A DNA stretch of 64,000 bases from a bacterium. Its GTDB lineage: Bacteria > Hydrothermota > UBA3073 > JACQXS01 > JAQTXJ01. The notes beneath the pieces are model-generated. The model was not told where the DNA came from and ran no database searches. It saw only the letters and a list, made by a program, of their open reading frames with translations. Below are positions 1-8,833 of the stretch, one piece after another. The position numbers and the translations under genes are program-made. The DNA lies in contig JAQUPX010000004.1 of assembly GCA_028716385.1 (NCBI GenBank), forward strand, positions 49,936 to 113,935. The letters are read 5' to 3'. Position 1 is the first letter of the stretch. Each line of letters begins with the position of its first letter.

Positions 1-497
1 TAACCCCGCAGTCAAAAGCCAAAAGTTGCTGGAAAGGGATAGAAAATCTCATACAAAAAGAGTATTTATTAAAAGGGAGTGAAGAACAGATTCTTAGGGA
101 ATTAAACAACGTACGTTTTAAGTTTAAAAAAGCAAAATATATTATTAAAGCAAGAGAAGAGTTGTCCGGCAATATAAAGTCTAAAATAGATAAATTCAAA
201 GATTCTTACGATACACGGGAATGGTTGGTTCAAAATGTGAAAGGAATGGGATACAAGGAAGCAAGTCACTTCTTGAGAAACATAGGATTGGGAGAAAAAT
301 TGGCAATCCTTGATAGGCATATATTAAAGAATTTGAAGTTATTGGGAGTGATAAAAGAAATACCTGCTTCTCTATCCAAAAAGGAATACCTTACGATAGA
401 AAAAAAGTTGACAGAGTTTGCAAAAAAGGTAAACATAAGGATGGATTATTTGGATTTAATCTTGTGGTGTAAAGAAACAGGGGAAATATTTAAATAA
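1..497 (+). CDS. ogg: 8-oxoguanine DNA glycosylase / N-glycosylase-DNA lyase, Ogg2 (archaeal-type) family; 5' end cut by window edge
   Basis: Frame 3 is open from nt 3 to the stop at 495-497, so the track ORF (162..497, TTG) is only the tail. HhH-GPD signature [29 protein letters not shown] is typical of Ogg2. Confidence 0.75.
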   Translation, partial: TPQSKAKSCWKGIENLIQKEYLLKGSEEQILRELNNVRFKFKKAKYIIKAREELSGNIKSKIDKFKDSYDTREWLVQNVKGMGYKEASHFLRNIGLGEKLAILDRHILKNLKLLGVIKEIPASLSKKEYLTIEKKLTEFAKKVNIRMDYLDLILWCKETGEIFK

Positions 498-507
498 AAG
501 GAGGAAA

Positions 508-1200
508 ATGGACTTAAATGCTTTATATAATATAGGTTATGGGATGTATATCGTTAGTTCTAAAAGTGGAGATAAATTTAATGGGCAGATTGCAAATACC
601 GTATTCCAGATTACTGCAGAACCGCCTACAATAGCGATTAGTATAAATAAACAAAACCTTACTCATAAGTTTATTGAAGAAAGTAAAATTTTTACTATTT
701 CAATATTGTCAAAAGAGACTCCAATTAAGTTCATAGGGGATTTTGGGTTTAAATCAGGCAAAGAAATAGATAAGTTTAAAAGTGTAGAACATAAAGTTAG
801 TTCAAACGGAACGCCTATAGTGACGGAAAATACAATAGGTTATGTGGAAGCTAAAGTGGTAAACAGTCTTGATATGGGAACGCATACTATATTTGTTGGT
901 GTAATCGTAGATGCGGAGACAATAAAAAAAGAAGAACCTATGACGTATGCTTATTATCATACGGTAAAACGAGGGACATCTCCCAAAACAGCGCCTACTT
1001 ACATTAAGCCTGAAGTAGCTCAGCAGACAAAAGGGATGGAGAAATATAAATGTAAAATTTGTGGATATATATATGACCCACAAAAAGGGGATGCGGAATC
1101 AAATATTAAACCCGGGACTTCTTTTGATGAATTGCCAAAAGATTGGTTATGCCCGATATGTGGAGCAGACAAATCAGAGTTCATAAGGGAGGGAAAATGA
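508..1200 (+). CDS. Flavin-reductase-like FMN-binding domain fused to C-terminal rubredoxin (high-molecular-weight rubredoxin, Hrb-like)
   Basis: N-terminal flavin reductase-like region ([32 protein letters not shown]). C-terminus [13 protein letters not shown]...[13 protein letters not shown] has two CxxC rubredoxin knuckles. AGGAGG just upstream. Confidence 0.8.
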   Translation: MDLNALYNIGYGMYIVSSKSGDKFNGQIANTVFQITAEPPTIAISINKQNLTHKFIEESKIFTISILSKETPIKFIGDFGFKSGKEIDKFKSVEHKVSSNGTPIVTENTIGYVEAKVVNSLDMGTHTIFVGVIVDAETIKKEEPMTYAYYHTVKRGTSPKTAPTYIKPEVAQQTKGMEKYKCKICGYIYDPQKGDAESNIKPGTSFDELPKDWLCPICGADKSEFIREGK

Positions 1201-1775
1201 GTAAGAGTTTAAAAGGAACGAAAACGGAGAAGAATTTATTAAAAGCGTTTGCAGGAGAATCACAAGCACGGAATAGGTATACATATTTTTCATCGCAGGC
1301 AAAGAAAGAAGGCTTCGAACAAATATCGGCTATCTTTACGGATACTGCAGACAACGAGAAGGAACATGCAAAAAGATTGTTTAAGTTTTTAGAAGGCGGT
1401 GATTTAGAGATTAGTGCGGCATTCCCGGCGGGAAAAATTGGAGAGACTGCAGAGAACTTAAAAGCATCTGCCGAAGGTGAAAATCATGAATATACGACTA
1501 TGTATCCTGAGTTTGCGCAGATAGCAAAAGAGGAAGGATTCAATGAAATCGCACAGGCATTTAGAGCAATAGGAGAGGCAGAAAAGGGACACGAAAAAAG
1601 GTACTTAGATTTACTTGAAAACATTAAGAAAAATAGAGTTTTTAAGAGAGAGAAGGCTGTTAAATGGAGATGCAGGAATTGCGGATATATTCACGAATGT
1701 GATGAAGCTCCTGAGAAATGTCCGGCATGCACACATCCAAAAGCATATTTTGAATTATTGAGTGAAAATTATTAG
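1197..1775 (+). CDS. rbr: Rubrerythrin
   Basis: Di-iron helix motifs ([28 protein letters not shown]) plus C-terminal rubredoxin-like WRCRNCGY...CPAC. The ATG at 1197 overlaps the upstream stop (ATGA); the track start at 1143 lies inside the upstream gene. Confidence 0.9.
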   Translation: MSKSLKGTKTEKNLLKAFAGESQARNRYTYFSSQAKKEGFEQISAIFTDTADNEKEHAKRLFKFLEGGDLEISAAFPAGKIGETAENLKASAEGENHEYTTMYPEFAQIAKEEGFNEIAQAFRAIGEAEKGHEKRYLDLLENIKKNRVFKREKAVKWRCRNCGYIHECDEAPEKCPACTHPKAYFELLSENY

Positions 1776-1783
1776 GGGATATC

Positions 1784-2821
1784 ATGAAAAAATCAATTAC
1801 TGCTTCGCCTAAGGCGGACTCTCCAAAAAAAAGGCGGGCAAGCACGCAAGCGGAATGTTCCGTAGGAGTTATTATTCTTGCGGCAGGGGAAGGGAAGAGG
1901 ATGCATTCCGACTTGCCCAAAGTTTTACATCCTATCTGTGGAAAACCACTTTTATGGTATGTAAAAGAGACTGCAAAAAATATAAAATCTAAGAAGATTG
2001 TAGCAGTGGTTAGTAAAAATAAAGAGAGGATAGAAAGTTGCATAGGAGATAAAACAATAGAGTTTGTCATACAATTTCCACCTCGTGGAACAGGGGATGC
2101 AGTACTTAAGGCAGAAGAAGCGTTTAAAGATTTTAATGGGTTGGTAATCGTACTTTGTGGCGACGTGCCTTTAATAAAAGAAGAAACATTGAGAAAACTT
2201 ATTGATTATCACTTATCTAAAGAGGCATCTGCTACTATACTTACTACAGTTTTGCCGGATGCAGGTGCTTATGGAAGGATAGTTCGGAAAGGTGAAAGGG
2301 TAGTAAAAATAGTGGAGTCTGTGGATGCAAGTGAAAAAGAGAAAAAAATAAATGAGATAAATAGTGGGATATATGTTTTTGATAAAGAGGAGTTATTTTC
2401 TGCATTACATAAAATCAATCCGTTGAATGCCCAGAAAGAATATTATCTTACGGATACCATAGAAATTATACAAAAGAAGGGATTAGGAGTATATGGTTTC
2501 GCCGCGAGTGACTGGCAGGAAGTAATGGGAATAAATAACAGAAAAGAGCTTACGGAAAGGGAAACAATTCTTCAGAAAAGAATAATAGAAAAGGTTCAGT
2601 TATCGGGGGTAACAATTAGAAACCCATCTAACACGCGAATAGATTGGGGTGTAGAGATAGGGGAGAACACAACGATTGAAACCGGCGTTGAGTTACTTGG
2701 AAAAACTTTTATAGGTAAAAATTGTATACTTAGACGTAACGCAAAAATTATAGATTCAAAAATTTCGGACAGCAGTGAGATAGGGGAAGACTCAAACATA
2801 GAAGATGCGGAACTTTTATAA
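1784..2821 (+). CDS. glmU: GlmU-like N-acetylglucosamine-1-phosphate uridyltransferase with shortened left-handed beta-helix domain
   Basis: LAAGEGKRMHSDLPKVLHPICGKPLL nucleotidyltransferase motif, CGDVPL, NAQKEYYLTD. Only about 90 aa of hexapeptide-repeat region before the stop. 27-aa basic N-terminal extension. AGGGGA SD. Confidence 0.7.
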   Translation: MKKSITASPKADSPKKRRASTQAECSVGVIILAAGEGKRMHSDLPKVLHPICGKPLLWYVKETAKNIKSKKIVAVVSKNKERIESCIGDKTIEFVIQFPPRGTGDAVLKAEEAFKDFNGLVIVLCGDVPLIKEETLRKLIDYHLSKEASATILTTVLPDAGAYGRIVRKGERVVKIVESVDASEKEKKINEINSGIYVFDKEELFSALHKINPLNAQKEYYLTDTIEIIQKKGLGVYGFAASDWQEVMGINNRKELTERETILQKRIIEKVQLSGVTIRNPSNTRIDWGVEIGENTTIETGVELLGKTFIGKNCILRRNAKIIDSKISDSSEIGEDSNIEDAELL

Positions 2822-3224
2822 AGTAGGAGTATTTTTTTTAGTTTTATTGGGAATATTTTCTACATTTTATATTGTTTCTACTATAGAGAATTTTGTAAAA
2901 TCCAACCGAACGGCAACAAAAGAAGAGGCAAGTAAAATCAGGGTAGAAGTATTGAACGGGAGTTCCAAAAGTGGCCTTGCTGAACGGGTATCGGAAAAGT
3001 TGAGGGATAAAGGTTTTGATGTTTTAGAATTTGGAACAGCGAAAGAGAAAGTTCCTGCGACGGTTATACTTGACAGGTCGGACGTAAATTTAGGAAATGC
3101 GAAATTTGTAAGCAGGATTTTCAAACAGGGAAAAATAACATTTGAACCGCATCCGTTTCAATTGGTAGATGTAACAGTTGTGTTAGGAGAAGATTTTAAG
3201 GAACAAAAAGAGAAAAACAAGTGA
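2805..3224 (+). CDS. LytR_C domain membrane-anchored protein
   Basis: N-terminal TM helix, then IRVEVLNGSSKSGLAERVSEKLRDKGFDVLEFGTA...ATVILDRSD, typical of the LytR C-terminal domain. Overlaps glmU-like stop by 17 nt. Confidence 0.6.
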   Translation: MRNFYKVGVFFLVLLGIFSTFYIVSTIENFVKSNRTATKEEASKIRVEVLNGSSKSGLAERVSEKLRDKGFDVLEFGTAKEKVPATVILDRSDVNLGNAKFVSRIFKQGKITFEPHPFQLVDVTVVLGEDFKEQKEKNK

Positions 3225-3550
3225 AACCCAAAACAATTGCTGCGAGGATAGCGGATGTTGCAAGAGATAAAAAAGCAGAGGACATTGTGATTATGAACAT
3301 ACAGAAGGTATCGGATATTGCGTATTATTTTGTAATCTGCACTGCCAATTCAGTCCCGCATGCAAAGGCTTTAGCGGAAGAAATAGAAAAGAAAACGGGA
3401 AGACCGGGACATATAGAAGGATATTCGTATGCTAACTGGATTCTGCTGGATTATATAAATGTTGTGGTTCATATTTTTTTGAAGCCGGTAAGAGAGTATT
3501 ATAAACTGGAAAATATATTTGGAGATGTGCCGATAGAAAAGGTAGAGTGA
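3221..3550 (+). CDS. rsfS: Ribosome silencing factor RsfS (iojap family)
   Basis: YFVICTANSVPHAKALAEEIEKK...WILLDYINVVVHIF...REYYKLENIFGD is the RsfS signature. GTG start overlaps the upstream stop. Confidence 0.85.
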   Translation: MKPKTIAARIADVARDKKAEDIVIMNIQKVSDIAYYFVICTANSVPHAKALAEEIEKKTGRPGHIEGYSYANWILLDYINVVVHIFLKPVREYYKLENIFGDVPIEKVE

Positions 3551-3802
3551 AAACCTCAAGAAGTTTAAATAACGCCAACTGCCAATCCCGAATTTAACGG
3601 TGCGGAGAACCTGAAGTGAAGGATCCAACGCTATCAAAATAGTGAAAAAAGTGAATCTACGTAGATAAGTTTTGACATGGTGGAGACTTGACCAACGTCG
3701 GTCAAGCTACTTAATATTTTAAGCATTTAGTTGGCGGTCTGGCAGTATGTCTTTTTAAGGGTAAAATGTTATTAAGTTTACCAATCAAGCTGGAAGCTTG
3801 AA

Positions 3803-5959
3803 TTACACTTTTTCTGCTTTTAGTTTTAGGTTGCCTTTTTCCAGCAGTTCCATTTGGATAATTCCTTTCTCAGGATTAAAGATACAATGAGTAGTATATT
3901 TTGGGGATATGTGTTTTCCAAATAATACGCTGATTGTTCCGTCTATATGTATGTCTCCATTTGCCTTATGATTAGCTATATATTTCCCGATAAGTTCAGG
4001 CGGGGGAATTATAAAACTAAAAAAGTTTATAACTGCTTTTGGGAAACGTGAAAAAAGTAAATTTATAGGAAGTTTTTTGCTCCAGTTAATTGCTTTTTCT
4101 TCAACATAAGGGAATCTTGAAAAACCTAAGTTTAATGTATAAAGTGCCGTATTATGTGTCCCTCTGAAATTCAATAGGCTAAAAACACCATTATAAATTG
4201 TAAAATTAGAGGTGTTTTCTTTGTTCGAAACGATAGAAAAATTACCCCATAAATCTACTTTTATAGTCCATTTTTCATCAAAAGTTTTTTCATCTTTTCC
4301 CGAGTAATCCGTTACTTTAAACATATAAGTATTATTCAAATTGAATTTCAGCATATCCTGTAATCTTAATTGTGGTTTCAGGGATACTACAGTATCATCT
4401 TTTTCGGGTATTCCGGAGTGCATAAAATCGGAAGTGTTTTTAATTAGGTAATTAACGATATTTGCTTTAATCGTAGGAGAGCCCGGTTCAGAAGTAGTTT
4501 GTAGTTGCAGGTGTAAATGAGGGATAGCCGATCGTCCCGAATTTCCGCAGTGTGCGATTATTTCACCTGTTTTTACGTACTGTCCGATTACTACTTTAGT
4601 ACTTCCTTTTTTTAAGTGACACAGCAATAAAAATATGTTTGGAGCATATTGAAGAACAATTAAGTTTCCCCAGTTGTCTTTAGTGTTTATGTGATTTATC
4701 GGGTTATCTTCTATATTGTTTATTATTTTAACTACAGTGCCGTTTATGGGGGCAATAACAGGTTTATCAAAACAATAAAAGTCTTTTTGTTCCGTCCCTG
4801 AGTTTTTAAATTTTGATTTATTTTCGTCCAGCACTTCAAAATCCCAGGCATAAGCCCATTGCAGTTTGTGAGTTGGTTCGTCGTTGTATCCCTGTGTAAC
4901 GGTCCACTCTCCGTTAAAGGGAAGGTAAACCGGGTATAAGCCTTCTTCGGATATTTTTGTGATTTTTGAATAATAATACTCAAGGCTTTCTTCAGGTGTA
5001 TTGGAGAAAAAATCAATAAAATAAGGGTGTAAATTTTTAGTTCGCAATCTGAATGCATAAATGACCGTAAGAACGATAAAATTGAAAGGAATGGCTAAAA
5101 CAGGGATATCAAAAATATCAAATGCGTTTTCAAGAGAAAGTCCTATGAATGCGCCTGCGCAGCTTGTAATAGCGGCGATTAGAAAAGATGAAACGGAAGG
5201 TACAAAAAATACTCCGCCTATGGCTATTGCAGTTAAAATGAAATTGAATCCTGCCAGTATAATTGATAATTCGCTGAAAGAAGTATTGAGTAAAAATAAG
5301 TAGCCCATTGCAAATCCTATTAACGAAAGGAGAAAAGCGATTCTTGAGTGCAACAGAATTGCCAGTGCTATAAGCAACCCTCCTATAAGATTGGGCTGGA
5401 AAAATATGCCTCCTATACTTTTGAGATATATAGAGAACCAGTTTTGTAAAGCCGGGTTCCAGTTAATTAGAATGCGATGCGTGTGATGCAATAGTGTTCC
5501 TTGAATTTCGTTGTAAAACAGGCAGGTTAAAACAGCCATAATAACAAAAGGAACGCTTAAAGAGGGTAGCGCCAATTGTGAACGAAAAGACTGGGAGAGT
5601 GTTATTGACAGCATAGTTGTGATGACTGAACTAAGGATAATAAAAAACAATAAGAACAACCAACTTTCGCTTGCTATTCCCGGGTAGAAATAGCCTATTC
5701 CTAAAGATACAAGTAAACTGTTGAAACTATGGAATCCCGAATTATCTTTCCAGTCAGTAAAATTTAATAGTCTTGCTATAAGAATGGCCGTAATTGTCCC
5801 TATTACTCCACAAAGGCCTACAATAGGAGTATTTAAAGTTGCCAGCAATAATATGAGTCCAATCCAGCGGTTATTTGAGAACAGGATAATAGAATAAGAA
5901 TGCAGAAAAGAATTGGTAATAGGGAGTAATAAATTATTATAATTCTTATTCATATTCAT
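3803..5959 (-). CDS. Multi-pass membrane protein: urea-transporter-like domain + M23-like metallopeptidase domain + unknown C-terminal domain
   Basis: N-terminal ~310 aa is hydrophobic with UT-family pattern (SIILFSNNRWIGLILLLA, SGFHSFNSLLVSLGIGYF). The middle carries M23 motifs (NGTVVKI, WGNLIVL, CHLKKGS, GNSGRSAIPHLHLQLQ). Last ~220 aa unrecognised. Confidence 0.7.
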   Translation of the reverse strand: MNMNKNYNNLLLPITNSFLHSYSIILFSNNRWIGLILLLATLNTPIVGLCGVIGTITAILIARLLNFTDWKDNSGFHSFNSLLVSLGIGYFYPGIASESWLFLLFFIILSSVITTMLSITLSQSFRSQLALPSLSVPFVIMAVLTCLFYNEIQGTLLHHTHRILINWNPALQNWFSIYLKSIGGIFFQPNLIGGLLIALAILLHSRIAFLLSLIGFAMGYLFLLNTSFSELSIILAGFNFILTAIAIGGVFFVPSVSSFLIAAITSCAGAFIGLSLENAFDIFDIPVLAIPFNFIVLTVIYAFRLRTKNLHPYFIDFFSNTPEESLEYYYSKITKISEEGLYPVYLPFNGEWTVTQGYNDEPTHKLQWAYAWDFEVLDENKSKFKNSGTEQKDFYCFDKPVIAPINGTVVKIINNIEDNPINHINTKDNWGNLIVLQYAPNIFLLLCHLKKGSTKVVIGQYVKTGEIIAHCGNSGRSAIPHLHLQLQTTSEPGSPTIKANIVNYLIKNTSDFMHSGIPEKDDTVVSLKPQLRLQDMLKFNLNNTYMFKVTDYSGKDEKTFDEKWTIKVDLWGNFSIVSNKENTSNFTIYNGVFSLLNFRGTHNTALYTLNLGFSRFPYVEEKAINWSKKLPINLLFSRFPKAVINFFSFIIPPPELIGKYIANHKANGDIHIDGTISVLFGKHISPKYTTHCIFNPEKGIIQMELLEKGNLKLKAEKV

Positions 5960-6000
5960 AACTAATAGGATATGATTTGGTTATAAATTAAACTTGAATA

Positions 6001-7350
6001 TTATGACAGATTCAGGTGTTTAGGTAATTTTTCTTTATGAAGTATGTCTTTTAAGGTTTCTTTTTCGCGTATTATTTCAACGTCGCCGTTTACCGTAATA
6101 AGTACAACATTTGGGCGATAAGTTATAAACTGCATCCACTGGGTTACATTGTATGCGCCTACAGGTGATATGATGACGGCATCTCCTATTTTTAAGTCAG
6201 GGAATCTTATTCCATGTCTCATAACGTCAATATTCATACATAATGGCCCATAAATTACCGTATTTTCTATTGTTCCCGTGATTGGCTGTGCAGGAGTGAA
6301 TTTATGTTTATACCAGTTAGATGTGTACAGTATATTAACGCCCGCATCCAATATTAATGCTTTTTGCCCATCAACAAGAGTTTTTTTACCTATAACGGAA
6401 GATACTAAATAACCTGCTTCGTCTATTAATGCTCTTCCTGATTCAAGGAATAGAGTAGGCTGGTTTTTTCTGCAGAAAGGTGATTCGTTAAAAGCTTTTC
6501 CTATGGCTTCAGCATATTGTTCTATGTTTGGTGAAGCTATATCCCCGGGTAAATATTGTTCACATAAGGTATTATTTGAAGCGATTCCGCCTCCAAGGTC
6601 TATGAATTGTAAAGTAATTCCGAAATCAGTTTCAATATAACCGGCCAAGTTAAGTAGTTTTGCGGCGGCTATGTAATAAGCGTTTGGTTCTAATATAAAA
6701 GTTCCTATATGTGTATGCAAACCTATAAGTTCAAGTTTATTCCCGGTTACGATTCGCTGGACTGCCCTGTATGCTTCTCTGTTTTCGTAATTGAACCCGA
6801 ATCTACTCCATTGAGGGTAAATTCCGGTATCCATATTTACGCGAACTCCAACGCGAGGCTTTTTGCCAAGTTCTACGGATATTTCTTCAAGTAAAAATAG
6901 CTCATCAAGATGGTCAATATTTATAGTTGCCTCTTCAGAAACTGCTTTTAGTAAGTCGTTTTTAGTTTTACTTGGTCCGTTGAATATGATTTTTTTCCCG
7001 GGGATTCCGAGTAATCGCGCTCTTTCGTATTCCATCCCGCTAACTACTTCTGCCCATGCGCCTTCCTGATGGAATGTAGCGCAAATTGCCTGAAGATAAT
7101 TTGTCTTGTATGACCATCCGAATTTGACATTAGGATAATGAAGACTGAATGCTCTTTGTGCTTCTTTGAATTTCCATCTGATAGATTTTTCCGAGAATAC
7201 AAATAAAGGAGAGCCATAGTTTTCAATTAGCGCTTTTATTGGAATTTCATCTATATTATCCTGATAGGAAGGGACGCTGGTTGCGAATTTTCCGGGTGCG
7301 CCTGCAACTTTTCTCTCAATAGTCGGTGCGTAATAAGATTTTTTAGCCAT
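6001..7350 (-). CDS. PLP-dependent decarboxylase, Orn/DAP/Arg decarboxylase (fold-type III) family
   Basis: PLFVFSE...SYKTNY (PLP-lysine position), HTHIGT, IDLGGG, GPLCMNIDV (catalytic Cys position). 2-nt gap to the upstream ATP-grasp gene. Confidence 0.8.
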   Translation of the reverse strand: MAKKSYYAPTIERKVAGAPGKFATSVPSYQDNIDEIPIKALIENYGSPLFVFSEKSIRWKFKEAQRAFSLHYPNVKFGWSYKTNYLQAICATFHQEGAWAEVVSGMEYERARLLGIPGKKIIFNGPSKTKNDLLKAVSEEATINIDHLDELFLLEEISVELGKKPRVGVRVNMDTGIYPQWSRFGFNYENREAYRAVQRIVTGNKLELIGLHTHIGTFILEPNAYYIAAAKLLNLAGYIETDFGITLQFIDLGGGIASNNTLCEQYLPGDIASPNIEQYAEAIGKAFNESPFCRKNQPTLFLESGRALIDEAGYLVSSVIGKKTLVDGQKALILDAGVNILYTSNWYKHKFTPAQPITGTIENTVIYGPLCMNIDVMRHGIRFPDLKIGDAVIISPVGAYNVTQWMQFITYRPNVVLITVNGDVEIIREKETLKDILHKEKLPKHLNLS

Positions 7351-7352
7351 AA

Positions 7353-8468
7353 TTAGCCTCCTTTATTGTCCATAAATTTGCTTTTTCTTTTAGTTACCGG
7401 TTTGGTTCTTAAATCGTGTAATTCTCCTATGGAAGTTAGTTCGCCCATTGTAGCAATGTCCAATATTATATCTTCGCTGTGTCTGACAAATATTTTACCT
7501 ACCGTGTATTTTTTTAACGGTGTAATTTTTTCGCCAAGCGCAAGTTTTACAAGTATTTCAGGAATATTTTGGCCTGCTCCTATAGCGAGACCTATCCATG
7601 CGGGAAGGCGTGGATTTATTTCCAGCAAGTAATATTGTTTATCTTTATTGGATTTTAATATTTCGAGTTCCAAAGGGCCACGCCATTTGAGACTTTTCAT
7701 TATATTTTTTGTAAATTTATCCAATGTGGCATCTTTAATAACAACAGCAGCAAATCCTTTCCCTTTTTCGGTTACAACGGTTTTTTTGATGGGAATGCTG
7801 CATACAATATTTCCTTTCCCGTCTCCGATTGCAGATACATTATATTCTTCGCCTGCAAGAAATTCCTGTATTATAATAGGTAATCCCCATTTGGCTCTCA
7901 GGGAGTTGAAGTATTTTGTGATTTCTTCCGTGTTATGGGCTTTATAAGCTTCGTAGAATCGTCCTTTTACCATAACGGGCAGTGTCATTTTTTCCGGAAT
8001 CTTATAAGCCTGTGCGGTATCGTTTATTAGTAATACTTTAGGGGTCAGTATACCGAAGTTTTCGTTTAATTTACCAAGTTCCGTTTTATCCCGCATCATA
8101 AATTGTTCTCTTGTGGGGAGGTACATTTTTATGCCATAAGATTTCAGTTTATTTTCTAAGCTTATATAAGGCAGTAATTCGGAATCAAGTGTTGGGACAA
8201 GAACGTCTATTTTTGTGTGTACGGTCATTATGTATTCAAGTCTTGCCATTATTGCATCAGCGCCTTCCGAAGGATAAGGCATTTCATAAACTTCATCCGC
8301 CATATCCGGCGCATAAATCCCGGATTCAAAAGAATCATAGACAAGACCTATTATTTTGCCCGTAAATCCTGCTTTTCTGAGAGACCTTATAACAGGAACG
8401 CCGGGTTGTGGATTTTCGCCTGCATTTAAACCGGTTACTGCAATTACAAGTTCTTTTGGGATAGTCAT
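7353..8468 (-). CDS. ATP-grasp family carboxylate-amine ligase
   Basis: Pre-ATP-grasp N-terminus (VIAVTGLNAGENPQPGVPVIRSLRKAG), central LPVMVKGRFYEA..., IIIQEFLAGEEY, C-terminal LELEILK...YYLLEINPRLPAW (the E-x-N metal site typical of ATP-grasp). Confidence 0.8.
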   Translation of the reverse strand: MTIPKELVIAVTGLNAGENPQPGVPVIRSLRKAGFTGKIIGLVYDSFESGIYAPDMADEVYEMPYPSEGADAIMARLEYIMTVHTKIDVLVPTLDSELLPYISLENKLKSYGIKMYLPTREQFMMRDKTELGKLNENFGILTPKVLLINDTAQAYKIPEKMTLPVMVKGRFYEAYKAHNTEEITKYFNSLRAKWGLPIIIQEFLAGEEYNVSAIGDGKGNIVCSIPIKKTVVTEKGKGFAAVVIKDATLDKFTKNIMKSLKWRGPLELEILKSNKDKQYYLLEINPRLPAWIGLAIGAGQNIPEILVKLALGEKITPLKKYTVGKIFVRHSEDIILDIATMGELTSIGELHDLRTKPVTKRKSKFMDNKGG

Positions 8469-8470
8469 TT

Positions 8471-8755
8471 TTATTTTTTAAATTTTTTGGCTAATTCTTT
8501 GTCGGTTTCTTCATATAAACTGTATTGTTTTAATTTAACGATAAAAGAGTTATAATCTCTTTTTATCTGGTCTTCTGTGACATCATAGTTATCCATAATA
8601 TGTTTAATTATTCCCGACTCATCCATTCCTCTTTTTAAACAGCTCAGGATTTCCATACTAATTTCATTAACTGTGTAACTGTGTCCGGTTTGCGGGTCAA
8701 ACAAGAACCCATTTTCGCTCATAGCGAGTCTTTTGAAATTGTCATTAGTTCCCAT
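8471..8755 (-). CDS. PqqD-family small protein (RiPP-recognition-element-like fold)
   Basis: 94 aa. GFLFDPQTGHSYTVNEISMEILSCLKRGMDESGIIKHIMDNYDV..DQIKRDYNSFIVKLKQ fits the PqqD pattern. AAGGAGGG SD. 2-nt gap to the ATP-grasp gene. Confidence 0.65.
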   Translation of the reverse strand: MGTNDNFKRLAMSENGFLFDPQTGHSYTVNEISMEILSCLKRGMDESGIIKHIMDNYDVTEDQIKRDYNSFIVKLKQYSLYEETDKELAKKFKK

Positions 8756-8833
8756 AAACCCTCCTTATAAATCAGATATCAAAAATTAAATATTAAAAAT
8801 CAAATATTTTTACGAAACGAATACGATTTTTTG

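Noticed and set aside
1143-1196. Upstream start (1143) proposed by the ORF track for rubrerythrin
   Set aside because: It would overlap the rubredoxin domain of the preceding gene by 58 nt. The ATG at 1197 gives the canonical [15 protein letters not shown]-terminus with an ATGA stop/start overlap.
6001-7350. Annotating the decarboxylase simply as housekeeping LysA
   Set aside because: The PLP-lysine context is SYKTN rather than the usual A(V/F)KAN. There is a long N-terminal extension and tight coupling to the ATP-grasp and PqqD-like genes. LysA cannot be excluded without phylogeny, so only the family is called.
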